Assembly (NCBI GenBank): GCA_040386595.1
Contig: JAZKFE010000003.1
Coordinates: 24,440 to 88,439, forward strand
Direction of reading: 5' to 3'
DNA length: 64,000 bases
Source of the DNA: Planctomycetota bacterium
GTDB taxonomy: Bacteria > Planctomycetota > Planctomycetia > Planctomycetales > Planctomycetaceae
Both the position numbers and the translations under genes were made by a program. Below, one piece after another: positions 49,723 to 58,737 of this stretch (positions are counted from its first letter, which is position 1; every line of letters starts with the position of its first letter). A model generated the notes under the pieces. The model saw nothing but the letters and a program-made list of their open reading frames with translations, was not told the DNA's origin and made no database searches.

Positions 49723-50409
49723 CTACACCGACCGCCATCGAAACGCTGGCTCTACCCGAAGAGACAACCCTTCAGCGGAATACCGATCGGCAATCTCCGA
49801 CACTTCCAGAGCCGTCGCATCTTCCGTTAGAGGCGCCCCGCTGTCTAGCAACTGCCGGGCACTCTGAAGTCCTTTCCCAAGCACTCGCCCCAACCGGACG
49901 ATTACTTGGTTACGAGTTCCTCGCTCCCATGCCACCCAAACGTTGTATCGAGTCGTATCGGCGGCCTGTTCGACACGCTCCGCGAAACGCAGATATGCTT
50001 CTGACTCGACGAACTCAACCAAAGCGGCCAAGACCGATCGAATGTTATCTTCAGGGCTACGAGTAAGGACTTGTCGAATGTCCTCACTCAGAATCGGAGC
50101 GTTCCGAGAAAGCTGTATACTCTCCACCTCACCCAAAAGAGGCACAGAAAACCGAACCTCTGCCGCGCGGAGTAGTGCCAGCACACGCATTTCCATGTCG
50201 GACCGTATCGGTACTAACTCATTATCGAAATACAGCCGTCCAGGCAGATAAGTAAGAGACGGACTCAGTTGCGGGAAGGAGTGTTGAACGAGCATCACCG
50301 TGTGTTGGCGTCCGATTTCGTCGGTAGCCTGCAGCAACGTCGTACCACAGTCGAGAGCATACGCGAATTGGTAGACCATCAAACTTGCTGGAAGCTCCAT
50401 CCGCCACAC
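49723..50409 (-). CDS. Hypothetical protein with a C-terminal ribosomal L7/L12 C-terminal-domain-like segment
   Basis: The C-terminus NQVIVRLGRVLGKGLQSARQLLDSGAPLTEDATALEVSEIADRYSAEGLSLRVEP resembles the L7/L12 CTD pattern (V.K..R...GLGLKEAK.LV...P..(I/L)KE.(V/L)SKEEAEE.K..LE.AGA.VE(L/V)K). The N-terminal 170 aa are unrecognised. The opposite-strand ORF 49530-50066 is Pro/Thr/Arg-rich and looks non-coding. Confidence 0.55.
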   Translation of the reverse strand: MWRMELPASLMVYQFAYALDCGTTLLQATDEIGRQHTVMLVQHSFPQLSPSLTYLPGRLYFDNELVPIRSDMEMRVLALLRAAEVRFSVPLLGEVESIQLSRNAPILSEDIRQVLTRSPEDNIRSVLAALVEFVESEAYLRFAERVEQAADTTRYNVWVAWERGTRNQVIVRLGRVLGKGLQSARQLLDSGAPLTEDATALEVSEIADRYSAEGLSLRVEPAFRWRSV

Positions 50410-50603
50410 TCCTCTTTGGAACTAATCTCTTTCTCACCCCACTCTTTTCAGAAATCGCAGTGCAAAACGAATTGCACACCTCGATTTTCCTGGGTTTCGG
50501 GCTTGCCTGCAAACCTTTTGCCGACAGTAGAGCTTGCGGAGTACATTCTCACATCCCCCCGTCGCACTCGGAGATCAGGTCGTTCAGCCAGCTTCCCCCT
50601 CCC

Positions 50604-51053
50604 TCAATCGCTTTTGAGGTTCTTCTTAGAGCGGGTAGGGCTCGCGGAGGTTCGCGCTGAAATGTTCAGCGCGACGGCGGCGAGAATCAGCGCCTTCAAC
50701 GCCTTTTCATCAATCTTGTCGCCCTCATGAATATCGATGGCGCGTCTGGTGTTGCCGTCGAGACTGGAATTGAAGAGGCCTGATGGATCCTCCAACGAGG
50801 CGCCGTGGGCGAAGGTCAGCTTCACGGCGCTCTTGTACGTCTCGCCGGTGCAGATGATTCCGTGATGCGACCAGACGGGTACCCCCACCATCCCATTCGA
50901 CGGCTTCTTCCATTTCTGCTCCTCAACGATCTCGGGGTCGGCCTGCTTGATGAGCGTTCGCACTCGCGCGAGCGTCTCGCCACGCCAGTCGCTCAACTGC
51001 GAGGGAGAATCTTCTCCTGCCTCTTCCTGCGAGCCGCTCTTCGCCTTCTTCAT
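50604..51053 (-). CDS. DUF1801-family protein
   Basis: DWRGETLARVRTLIKQADPEIVEEQKWKKPSNGMVGVPVWSHHGIICTGETYKSAVKLTFAHGASLEDPSGLFNSSLDGNTRRAIDIHEGDKIDEKALKALILAAVALN matches the pattern I recall for DUF1801 proteins. Confidence 0.7.
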   Translation of the reverse strand: MKKAKSGSQEEAGEDSPSQLSDWRGETLARVRTLIKQADPEIVEEQKWKKPSNGMVGVPVWSHHGIICTGETYKSAVKLTFAHGASLEDPSGLFNSSLDGNTRRAIDIHEGDKIDEKALKALILAAVALNISARTSASPTRSKKNLKSD

Positions 51054-51115
51054 GATCGTTGTCGCTTTCTTGATGGTAGATTCTGTACTTCCCTCATAGG
51101 CTCAGTGCGGACGTT

Positions 51116-51796
51116 TCAAAGCGTGCGGCCGAAATCCGCTGTCGCGCGATCTAACCAGTCCTCGTACCAGTCAAAGAAACCGAAAAGTCGATGAGGATTG
51201 ACCAGTAAGTCGCTTCGTCCTCGCTCTTTTCGCGACCAAGTGTAGACCCCTTCAGGCATCAACGCACACAACGCGGTTTGAGGCTCAACGATTTCCGCAG
51301 TTAGTCCAAACACCTTTCCTCGCATTGGTCCGTACGTGACAATACACGTGTATGCACCACATCCGCTCTCTGAAATGATGAGCAAGTGCTGATCCGAATT
51401 AACAGAGATCCCCAGCGCGGAATTAGCGCCGGTTGCTTCCCACTTGTTCTGAATTGCAGCGATGTGGGCCAGAGTGATTTCGGCGGCGTTTTCGACCTCA
51501 CCTCCGGTCCCGGCCTCATCATCAATGTATGGTGGCGCGAACACCTTCTCCAGCGATAAAAGTCCGTAGTCAGGGCCCGCGCCCCAACCCACCCTCAATA
51601 GCCAGTCGCGATACTCTTCCGGCAATGTAAAGCCTAGTTCTACCTCTTTCGCAACAATCTGATCGCTCACAATTGTATGAACTCGATACCCGTGCCCCGA
51701 CGGGGAACCGGCACCAAATAATGCGAGTTTTTTGTCGAGATTGCGAACAGTCGTCAGTTTTTGGTGCAATCGCTCGATGAGTTCAGGTGTCGGCAT
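51116..51796 (-). CDS. SMI1/KNR4 (SUKH-1 superfamily) protein
   Basis: The core LGFTLPEEYRDWLLRVGWGAGPDYGLLSLEKV... is followed by a LLIISESGCGAYTCIV-type segment. Both are typical of SMI1_KNR4/SUKH domains. Confidence 0.7.
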   Translation of the reverse strand: MPTPELIERLHQKLTTVRNLDKKLALFGAGSPSGHGYRVHTIVSDQIVAKEVELGFTLPEEYRDWLLRVGWGAGPDYGLLSLEKVFAPPYIDDEAGTGGEVENAAEITLAHIAAIQNKWEATGANSALGISVNSDQHLLIISESGCGAYTCIVTYGPMRGKVFGLTAEIVEPQTALCALMPEGVYTWSRKERGRSDLLVNPHRLFGFFDWYEDWLDRATADFGRTL

Positions 51797-51928
51797 GGTC
51801 CTTCCTTATTGCAACCTCTCAATGTCCACTCTCGACGACCGGAGGATATTTACAACGAAAGCTGACAGGCAAACCGCGAACCGTCCCACCATCTAGTGCG
51901 TCGCGACGGTATCGACGCGGCGTCTATA

Positions 51929-52426
51929 TCACATTCGTTCCCCGGGAAATTGGCTGGCCTGCTGCACCCAATCGGCGAACTGCGCTTCGTCGAGCGGATC
52001 AGCCTCGCGGATGTCGAGGTAGCGCACGTCCTTTTGTTTGGACTCGCCTGGGGGAACAGGGTGCAACGACGCGCCGCGAAAGAAAGCCACCTTGATGTAC
52101 TTCGTGAAGCAATGAATACCGAGGAACCAACCCTGGTTTTCAATTCCGTACAGCGGCGAGTTCCATTTGACCGCCTTGTGCACACCGGGAACAGTGCGCT
52201 CAATAATCTCATCGAGACGACGTCCGAGGTCGCTTTTCCAACCTGGCATCGCCGCAATGTAGGCCTGCACGGAAGCATCGCCGTCCCCCTTCGCGATCTG
52301 AGGGTTGCCGCCTGAAAGCAGTTTCGGCTCCGCAGCCTGGGGTGACTGCGACTTCGGTACCGTCTTTTGCGATTTGGCCGCTTGGACCACGGCTTGTTTT
52401 ACAACTTTCTCTGACTTTTTGGCCAT
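51929..52426 (-). CDS. DUF1801-family protein
   Basis: GGNPQIAKGDGDASVQAYIAAMPGWKSDLGRRLDEIIERTVPGVHKAVKWNSPLYGIENQGWFLGIHCFTKYIKVAFFRGASLHPVPPGESKQKDVRYLDIREADPLDEAQFADWVQQA. The likely start is MAKKSEK at 52426; the listed ORF extends to 52513. Confidence 0.75.
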   Translation of the reverse strand: MAKKSEKVVKQAVVQAAKSQKTVPKSQSPQAAEPKLLSGGNPQIAKGDGDASVQAYIAAMPGWKSDLGRRLDEIIERTVPGVHKAVKWNSPLYGIENQGWFLGIHCFTKYIKVAFFRGASLHPVPPGESKQKDVRYLDIREADPLDEAQFADWVQQASQFPGERM

Positions 52427-52443
52427 TATATTCCCTTCCGTCA

Positions 52444-52668
52444 TCACTCGCTGGAGGCCCCTGCGGATCTTTTCGATATCAATCGTTGAACAACATGACC
52501 TTTCCACATCCACAATCCCGTCAGGATGAGTACGGGCAGGAAGACATACCGAGTCGGGCCAGCGTAATTGGGGATTTCTTCAAATGGACTATAAACATAA
52601 CCGATGATCGGAATACTAAAGATAATATGAATCCAGCGAAGAATCGAACGTTTAGTGCCTTGGTTCAT
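52444..52668 (-). CDS. Small hypothetical membrane protein (74 aa, two hydrophobic helices)
   Basis: MNQGTKRSILRWIHIIFSIPIIGYVYSPFEEIPNYAGPTRYVFLPVLILTGLWMWKGHVV... The listed 212-aa ORF (to 53082) overlaps the SRPBCC gene and is low-complexity Ser/Arg in its N-terminal part, so the internal Met at 52668 is preferred. Confidence 0.4.
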   Translation of the reverse strand: MNQGTKRSILRWIHIIFSIPIIGYVYSPFEEIPNYAGPTRYVFLPVLILTGLWMWKGHVVQRLISKRSAGASSE

Positions 52669-52918
52669 GATATTGAGGTGTCTGAATTGGTGAGTGTGCG
52701 TGTGGATATTGTGAATGCTCGTCGCGACTCTTTGATTATGGCCAAGCAGATTTTGCAGCTCCGCGATTGATACTGGCGAGCCCGGCGGCGTGAGCCCCGG
52801 GATTCCTCGTAAATCCGCAGATTTGCTAAGCCACGAAGAATCCGGGGACTGACGCCATCCGGCATCGCCCGATGCTGTTTGTTTTGTAGGTCTACTATTG
52901 GTTCGGCTTCGGAAATGG

Positions 52919-53371
52919 CTACTCTTGCTTCGTGCGAACAGATGCATTACGGGCCGCGACGACAGCAGGAAGTTGCCCGAGCATCTTCGCCCAACCGTAT
53001 TCGGCTCCGCGGAAAGCTTGTTCGCTCCAAGACTCCGAAATGTCAAAGCCGGAGTGCTCGAAGAGGACTCGCGTTCCTTCACCGTCGGGTTCGAGCTGGA
53101 AGCTCACCCGTGTATCAACGAGTCCTCCGGCCGACCACGAGAATGCCAGCCGACTGGGCGGTTCGCACTCTAGCACCTCGCAGTGCACAATCATTCCGTC
53201 GAAGCCGACCTTGGGATTTGCCGGCACGCGGAACGTGAACTGATGGCCGACGCGCGGCTCCATGTCGTTCGGGAACATCCACTCGGCGAGCGTGGCGCTG
53301 TCAGTGATCGCCCGCCAGACCTGCTCGCGCGGCTGGGGAATCGGAATCTCTCTGCGAATCGTTTTAGTCAT
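52919..53371 (-). CDS. SRPBCC-superfamily protein (AHSA1/START-like)
   Basis: IRREIPIPQPREQVWRAITDSATLAEWMFPNDMEPRVGHQFTFRV...CEVLECEPPSRLAFSW.......VSFQLEPDGEGTRVLFEHSGF is typical of Aha1-like SRPBCC proteins. Its start overlaps the ArsR stop by 4 nt (53368-53371), a common ArsR-SRPBCC pairing. Confidence 0.8.
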   Translation of the reverse strand: MTKTIRREIPIPQPREQVWRAITDSATLAEWMFPNDMEPRVGHQFTFRVPANPKVGFDGMIVHCEVLECEPPSRLAFSWSAGGLVDTRVSFQLEPDGEGTRVLFEHSGFDISESWSEQAFRGAEYGWAKMLGQLPAVVAARNASVRTKQE

Positions 53372-53700
53372 TCTTCGCTCTTTTTAGATAACAGCTTCTG
53401 CAGACGCTGGAGGTGGTCGTCCCAGAATCGCTCGTATTGCGAGATCCAATCCCGCACCGGGCCGAGTCGTTCGGGGACGAAGTGGTAACGACGTTCGCGG
53501 CCGTGCCGCTGTTCGGTCACGAGACCAGAATCGAGCAAGATGCGGAGGTGCTGGGAGACCGCCGGGCGACTCATCTCGAAGTGGCCAGCAATCACATTCA
53601 CAGAACGGTCGGCCTCAATGAGCAGATCCAGCATCCGGCGTCGCGCAGGATGGCTGATCGCAGTGAACACATCGGGCTCGCGATCGGAAGTTGAAACCAT
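53368..53700 (-). CDS. ArsR/SmtB-family transcriptional regulator
   Basis: Winged-helix core VFTAISHPARRRMLDLLIEADRSVNVIAGHFEMSRPAVSQHLRILLDSGLVTEQRHGRERRYHF. The likely start is MVSTSD at 53700; the listed ORF begins at 53727. Confidence 0.85.
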   Translation of the reverse strand: MVSTSDREPDVFTAISHPARRRMLDLLIEADRSVNVIAGHFEMSRPAVSQHLRILLDSGLVTEQRHGRERRYHFVPERLGPVRDWISQYERFWDDHLQRLQKLLSKKSEE

Positions 53701-53976
53701 GTCGCCAATATACGTAAGCAAGCCCAACCAGTCCCGCTGCCCGGTGACAATGCGATGACCGTGGAATCGGAGAGTATTGAAAACGCTCTGAAGCGACTGA
53801 ATCGCTCACCGCTCTTTTTGCTCTGACAAAACGAACCGCAGAACCACGCGCAACGCGAGTATCCACCACGTGAACAGAGAGCTATGATTGGAGTGGCGAT
53901 CGCCACATCTCCTGAATTTTAGAGCGGCACCAGAACTGCATCCCGACGTTCCTTCGATTTTGATTCACGAGCACTT

Positions 53977-55494
53977 ATGGCAAAAGAATCGTCTCCAGAG
54001 CAGTTAAGCTCCACTGACCACGAAACAGATTCCGTCTTGTCCGGCACCAATCCCCAGGATTTGCGAGGACTGCGAGAGTTTTGGCACACCACCGCCTTGT
54101 TTGAACCGGGGCGGAAGCTGGACTCAATGCAGACTCGTTACGAACAGGGGAAAGCATTACGGGAGCAGACGCCACGCGAGTCGCATGCCGCGTTGGTTTC
54201 GACAGCGGATCGTGTTGATCCGTTAACCACGCTCCTGGCGAGCAATGCTGGACGAGAGACGAATTTGGTGCCGCTGCGAATGGGTCGCATGGCGGCATCG
54301 CCCTTTGCGTTCTTGCGCGGTGCGTGCGCAGTGATGGCCGGAGATCTGGCTCGGATGCCGATCAGTGGCCCCCAGGTCGTCATCGACGGAGACGCCCACA
54401 TCAACAATTTCGGCTTCTATGGAACTCCCCAACGCGATGTCGTGATCGACATTAACGACTTCGATGAAGCGACCGCAGGCCCGTGGGAATGGGACTTGAA
54501 ACGACTGGCTGCCAGCGTCAATGTGGCCGGTCGTGAAAATGGACTTGATGCTGAAGAACGGCATTCGGCCGTCGTACGTTGCGTCACCGGCTATGCACAA
54601 AATGCGCAGCGTCTCATGAGATTTGGGATTCTGGAAACTTGGTCCTTGTTCGCCTACGCGGACCTCGCACGGAACGACGCCGCACTGAAACGTGAGGGCA
54701 TTCAAATCGGCAACAAGTCCCGAGCCATGATCACAAAGGTCCTGACGAAAGCGAGGCGGACTCACAATGAAGCTCTGCTGACGAAAGTTGCCCGGCGACA
54801 AGCGGACGGCGGTTGGCGGTTTGTTGAAGACGCACCGATTCTGACGACCCTCGACGAGGAGACACGTCAGAAGGTCATCGCGTCACTCATCGATTATGTT
54901 GAGACACTACCGCCTGAATACAGATTCATGTTACATCGTTACTCGGTCGCAGACGTCTGTCATCGCGTAGTGGGAGTGGGCAGTGTGGGCTTACGAGCAT
55001 ATCTCGTATTGCTGTTTGGGAATGGAGACGACGATCCACTATTCCTACAAATCAAGGAAGCGGTCGAGCCGGCACATGCCCCGTACCTGCCACATGTGAA
55101 GTTCCGAATCGACCACGAAGGCCGCCGAGTGGTCAACATGCAGCGTACGCTGCAATCGCTGGGAGATCCGCTGCTCGGTTACACGACGATCGACAATCGG
55201 CACTACTTTGTACGGCAGATGAAAAATCTGAAGGCGTCGATGCCGCTGGAATGGCTCACAGGCGAACCGTTCGAGTTCTGGGGGTGGGCGTGTGGAGCAC
55301 TATTGGCTCGAGCCCACGCTCGTACTGGCGACATCGCCAAGATCGCCGGATATATCGGCAAATCCAACGTTTTCGCGGAAGCAATGGCCAACTTCGCCGA
55401 AGGCTATGGTGATCAAACCGAACACGACCATGCGACGCTCGTCGAAGCAATTCGAACAGGAAGTGTCCTGGCCGTCGCTGACGACAAACTATAA
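53977..55494 (+). CDS. DUF2252-family protein (505 aa)
   Basis: RYEQGKALREQTPRESHA...DPLTTLLASNAGRETNLVPLRMGRMAASPFAFLRGACAVMAGDLA...VVIDGDAHINNFGFYGTPQRDVVIDINDFDEATAGPWEWDLKRLAASV matches the conserved DUF2252 core as I recall it. Confidence 0.75.
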   Translation: MAKESSPEQLSSTDHETDSVLSGTNPQDLRGLREFWHTTALFEPGRKLDSMQTRYEQGKALREQTPRESHAALVSTADRVDPLTTLLASNAGRETNLVPLRMGRMAASPFAFLRGACAVMAGDLARMPISGPQVVIDGDAHINNFGFYGTPQRDVVIDINDFDEATAGPWEWDLKRLAASVNVAGRENGLDAEERHSAVVRCVTGYAQNAQRLMRFGILETWSLFAYADLARNDAALKREGIQIGNKSRAMITKVLTKARRTHNEALLTKVARRQADGGWRFVEDAPILTTLDEETRQKVIASLIDYVETLPPEYRFMLHRYSVADVCHRVVGVGSVGLRAYLVLLFGNGDDDPLFLQIKEAVEPAHAPYLPHVKFRIDHEGRRVVNMQRTLQSLGDPLLGYTTIDNRHYFVRQMKNLKASMPLEWLTGEPFEFWGWACGALLARAHARTGDIAKIAGYIGKSNVFAEAMANFAEGYGDQTEHDHATLVEAIRTGSVLAVADDKL

Positions 55495-55550
55495 TCCGAA
55501 CAGTAAATCTAATGGATGACCAGCCGAATTGATCAACACTGGGATTCCCG

Positions 55551-55823
55551 TTAACAACCAAATTGAGACACCTCGACACCGGCATAGTGTCGACCGAGAA
55601 TAAGGTCGCGAAGATCAGCGGGCTCGCTGGCCAGATAGAGCGAGTCACGGCGAATGAATGCGCACCACTCTCCCAGTTTCGAGGTCAATTCTTCGAGTTC
55701 TTGAATCGCCTTAACTCCACGCCGATAGGCATGTACGCCGTGCGTCTCGCGGACCTGATGAATCAGCTCCACATTTTGTCCCGCCTGTGCCGCGGTCAGA
55801 TTCGTGGTAGGATCAAAGATCAC
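55551..55823 (-). CDS. Possible small hypothetical protein (about 90 aa; GTG start)
   Basis: The minus ORF is 55551-55931. Its first 36 codons are antisense to the start of the hydrolase gene and look non-protein-like. In-frame GTG at 55823 gives VIFDPTTNLTAAQAGQNVELIHQVRETHGVHAYRRGVKAIQELEELTSKLGEW... No family recognised. The + frame is also open here, so coding status is uncertain. Confidence 0.25.
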   Translation of the reverse strand: MIFDPTTNLTAAQAGQNVELIHQVRETHGVHAYRRGVKAIQELEELTSKLGEWCAFIRRDSLYLASEPADLRDLILGRHYAGVEVSQFGC

Positions 55824-55868
55824 TTTCGTAGGTACACCTGGATTAACTTGAGCGTCAGGGAGGAAGCA

Positions 55869-56522
55869 GTGACATCGAATATTCCAATTTATCTTTTTCC
55901 TGGTATGTCGGCCCAATTTCCTATTTTTCATAAGCTAATCCCGCTACTGCCCACGTCAACCGTGATTCAATATCCGACGCCAGCTTCCGGCGAATCGCTC
56001 TCTCATTTTGCCCATCGAATTGCGGAGCTGCTGCCATCTGATTGCTTCGTCGCAGGGGTGTCGTTTGGCGGGATTGTCGCCCAAGAGGTGGCACGAGTCA
56101 TTCGTGCGCGTGCCTGTTTCCTGATTTCCAGCATTCGCGGGCTGCACGAACTCCCTCCCTGGCTGCGCGTTTGGCGATGGATCGGCACCACAAATTGTCA
56201 GCGATTACTGAATGGCGTCGGCCGCGTCGCAGCCCTGTTCCCAGCCGGTCTATGTACTAGATCTACTCTGCGACTCCGTAAATTGTCTGGCGCTTCAGGC
56301 GTTTGGTATCGGTGGGCAACGTCGGCTGTTCTTGGCTGGCAACCACAACGCACCCCACCTGATGTGCCCCTGATTCAAATACACGGCGATGCCGATATGA
56401 CCTTTCCCATTCGCTACACCAATCCCGACATCATGGTGCCCAATGGATTGCATGCACTACCAGTCTCGCACCCCGAAGCAGTCGCAAAAGCAATCACAAC
56501 GTACATCGCAAGAACTGCCTGA
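55869..56522 (+). CDS. Alpha/beta-fold hydrolase (about 217 aa)
   Basis: IPIYLFPGMSAQFPIF...; nucleophile elbow GVSFGG; LIQIHGDADMTFP (Asp) and NGLHALPVSHPEAV (His). The proposed start is GTG 55869, preceded by GGGAGGA (55857-55863). The listed ORF start (55563) adds about 100 non-homologous residues. Confidence 0.7.
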   Translation: MTSNIPIYLFPGMSAQFPIFHKLIPLLPTSTVIQYPTPASGESLSHFAHRIAELLPSDCFVAGVSFGGIVAQEVARVIRARACFLISSIRGLHELPPWLRVWRWIGTTNCQRLLNGVGRVAALFPAGLCTRSTLRLRKLSGASGVWYRWATSAVLGWQPQRTPPDVPLIQIHGDADMTFPIRYTNPDIMVPNGLHALPVSHPEAVAKAITTYIARTA

Positions 56523-56650
56523 AAGCCGTTATGTACTGCGGTCGCGTTTGGAGTAAAATCCAACAGTCACATGCAGGTTAAATAGGCGTTGGGCCACGAT
56601 GAAAATGATCGGTCGGAAAGTCTTCTTAGCTTCGATCTAAAGAGTGCGGA

Positions 56651-57325
56651 ATGAATCTGCGACCGCGGAACCTCACACCTAAAGTGGATGCCTGTTCGGC
56701 GCCGTTCCGTGAGTCAGATCTTCTCATGAGATTCGCGGTGTTAGCTGGCTACCTTACGATCGGACTGTCCGGAATGGCGTTTTTTCGTCCGTCGCCGCAG
56801 ACTGAATTCTTTCGTCAATCAACTTTGGCTATGCCACATCAGCCCGTCCGACATGTTGTACATCCAAAAAGTTTTCGATCAGAGAAGGTTGCCGAGATAC
56901 CGGTTGTCAAATCGAAGCTTCGTCTCCCCACTGTCGCATCGCAGCCGTGGGTGGCTGCCACAAGTTCCAGTGACAATCCGCAAACTCGAGAGTTTCTGGC
57001 ATGGGCAAAGGGACGTTGGGTCCATTACTGTGTGATTCAGCTTGATCACCAAGGCCGTTGCATTGCGGTACAGACTCATATCTGTTGGAACATAACGGAT
57101 GAAGAACTCAAGGTGATCTCTGGACTGAAAGACGTTCAGTCGCTGTCCTGTAACGGCTCAGCGTTAACTGACTCAGGACTTCGATTTATCGTTAACATGC
57201 CCGCCCTTAGGCATCTTCGACTTACTGGCGCGGCCAATGTCACTGAAACCGCATTGCAACGCTTGCGGGATGCCAGACCTGACATAGAATTTGAGCTCCC
57301 GTATCGTCCTCAAGTTGATCGATGA
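56651..57325 (+). CDS. Hypothetical membrane-anchored protein with a C-terminal leucine-rich-repeat-like segment
   Basis: N-terminal hydrophobic helix (FAVLAGYLTIGLSGMAFF). The C-terminus ITDEELKVISGLKDVQSLSCNGSALTDSGLRFIVNMPALRHLRLTGAANVTETALQRL is LRR-like. The start could instead be Met at 56726. Confidence 0.5.
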   Translation: MNLRPRNLTPKVDACSAPFRESDLLMRFAVLAGYLTIGLSGMAFFRPSPQTEFFRQSTLAMPHQPVRHVVHPKSFRSEKVAEIPVVKSKLRLPTVASQPWVAATSSSDNPQTREFLAWAKGRWVHYCVIQLDHQGRCIAVQTHICWNITDEELKVISGLKDVQSLSCNGSALTDSGLRFIVNMPALRHLRLTGAANVTETALQRLRDARPDIEFELPYRPQVDR

Positions 57326-57525
57326 AGTAGCACCGCGTCCAACGATAAGAAGCTCCAGCGAAGTGAAGACGACTGACAAAATGACCAAATGTCTACTTGT
57401 CGTCAAGATCGTCCAACACTTTGTCGCTCCAAATCTGGTCGGTCCGTCGAAATAGTGAAACTGGACGGATGGCAATACGATGTTCGAAAATTCGGCACCG
57501 ATTCAGGCCATACACGGAGTTATTG

Positions 57526-58734
57526 ATGAAACCCATTGACTCGAAGATCCTGACGATCAATGGTGGCTCGTCAAGCATCAAGGTTGCCGTCTTCGACGCT
57601 GGTCATCCGGTCCAAAGAATCCTGACCGGTGAGATCGCGAGAATTGGGCTCCCCGATGCGACTCTGCGGACAAAAGGTGTCAGTCCAGCGGACAATCTGT
57701 CACGCACAGTCGCGGCACCTGATTATGCGACCGCCGTGAATGTCCTGCTGGACTGGATTCGAGAACGCCTGAGCGTTGCTGCATTGGCGGCAGTCGGACA
57801 CCGAGTGGTCCATGGTGGCCCCAAGTATGGTGATCCGCAGCGGATTACGCAGGAGCTCATCGCCGAGCTGCGGCGGTTCAGTCCATTTGATCCCGAGCAC
57901 CTCCCCGCAGAACTGCTCTTGATCGAGGCGTTTCAGCACCAGTTTCCTGAGGTTCCTCAATTCGCATCCTTCGACACGGCCTTCCACCATGATCTGCCGC
58001 GAGTTGCCCAGCTGTTGCCGATTCCACGCCGCTATGCCGCACGAGGGGTACGGCGATACGGGTTTCATGGTTTGTCCTACTCCTTTCTCATGGGAGAGTT
58101 GGCCCGCGTAGCCGGAGCAGAAGCAGCACAGGGCCGCATCATTCTGGCACATCTCGGTAACGGCGCCAGCCTGGCCGCAGTGCGTGCGGGCCAGCCGATA
58201 GATACCAGCATGGGCTTTACACCGACCGCCGGCTTGGTGATGAGCACCCGCACTGGTGATCTGGATCCCGGCCTCGTCTGCTATCTCTCAAACACCGAAC
58301 ACATGACAGTAACGCAATTCCAGCACATGGTGAATCACGAGTCGGGACTGCTGGGCGTGTCCGAGACGAGTTCCGACATGCGCGACTTGCTGATACGAGC
58401 GGCCAGCGACGAGCGGGCGAATGATGCCGTCGAACTATTCTGTTACCAAGCGAAAAAATGGATCGGTGCTTTCTCGGCGGTACTCGGTGGAGTTGATACA
58501 CTCATATTCTCAGCGGGAATTGGTGAGAACTGTCCGTCGGTCCGCGCTCGGATCTGTCACGGACTTAGGTTTCTCGGAATCGAACTCGACGAAGTTCGCA
58601 ACAACGCGAATGCAGCCATCATTTCCACAGACGCCAGCCGCGTCTCAGTACGGGTCATGCATACCGACGAAGAAGTCATGATTGCGGGGTCGGTGTTCGG
58701 ACTGCTGACTTCGAATGCCTCTATAGAAGGTTAG
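57526..58734 (+). CDS. ackA: Acetate kinase
   Basis: MKPIDSKILTINGGSSSIKVAVFD...GHRVVHGG...FDTAFHHDLP...RRYGFHGLSY...ILAHLGNGASLAAV...DTSMGFTPTAGLVMSTRTGDLDPG...SDMRDLL...LIFSAGIGENCPSVR. The start is ATG 57526; the listed ORF start at 57397 adds 43 non-homologous aa. Confidence 0.9.
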   Translation: MKPIDSKILTINGGSSSIKVAVFDAGHPVQRILTGEIARIGLPDATLRTKGVSPADNLSRTVAAPDYATAVNVLLDWIRERLSVAALAAVGHRVVHGGPKYGDPQRITQELIAELRRFSPFDPEHLPAELLLIEAFQHQFPEVPQFASFDTAFHHDLPRVAQLLPIPRRYAARGVRRYGFHGLSYSFLMGELARVAGAEAAQGRIILAHLGNGASLAAVRAGQPIDTSMGFTPTAGLVMSTRTGDLDPGLVCYLSNTEHMTVTQFQHMVNHESGLLGVSETSSDMRDLLIRAASDERANDAVELFCYQAKKWIGAFSAVLGGVDTLIFSAGIGENCPSVRARICHGLRFLGIELDEVRNNANAAIISTDASRVSVRVMHTDEEVMIAGSVFGLLTSNASIEG

Positions 58735-58737
58735 ACG

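Noticed and set aside
52669-53082. The long form (212 aa) of minus ORF 52444-53082.
   Set aside because: The N-terminal 138 aa are Ser/Arg/Pro-rich low-complexity and overlap the 3' end of the SRPBCC gene. Only the C-terminal 74-aa membrane-protein-like part looks genuine.
55563-55868. The first ~100 codons of the listed 319-aa plus ORF upstream of the alpha/beta hydrolase.
   Set aside because: Hydrolase homology starts at IPIYLFPG, and a GTG with a strong GGGAGGA site lies at 55869. The upstream part has no hydrolase features and competes with a minus-strand ORF.
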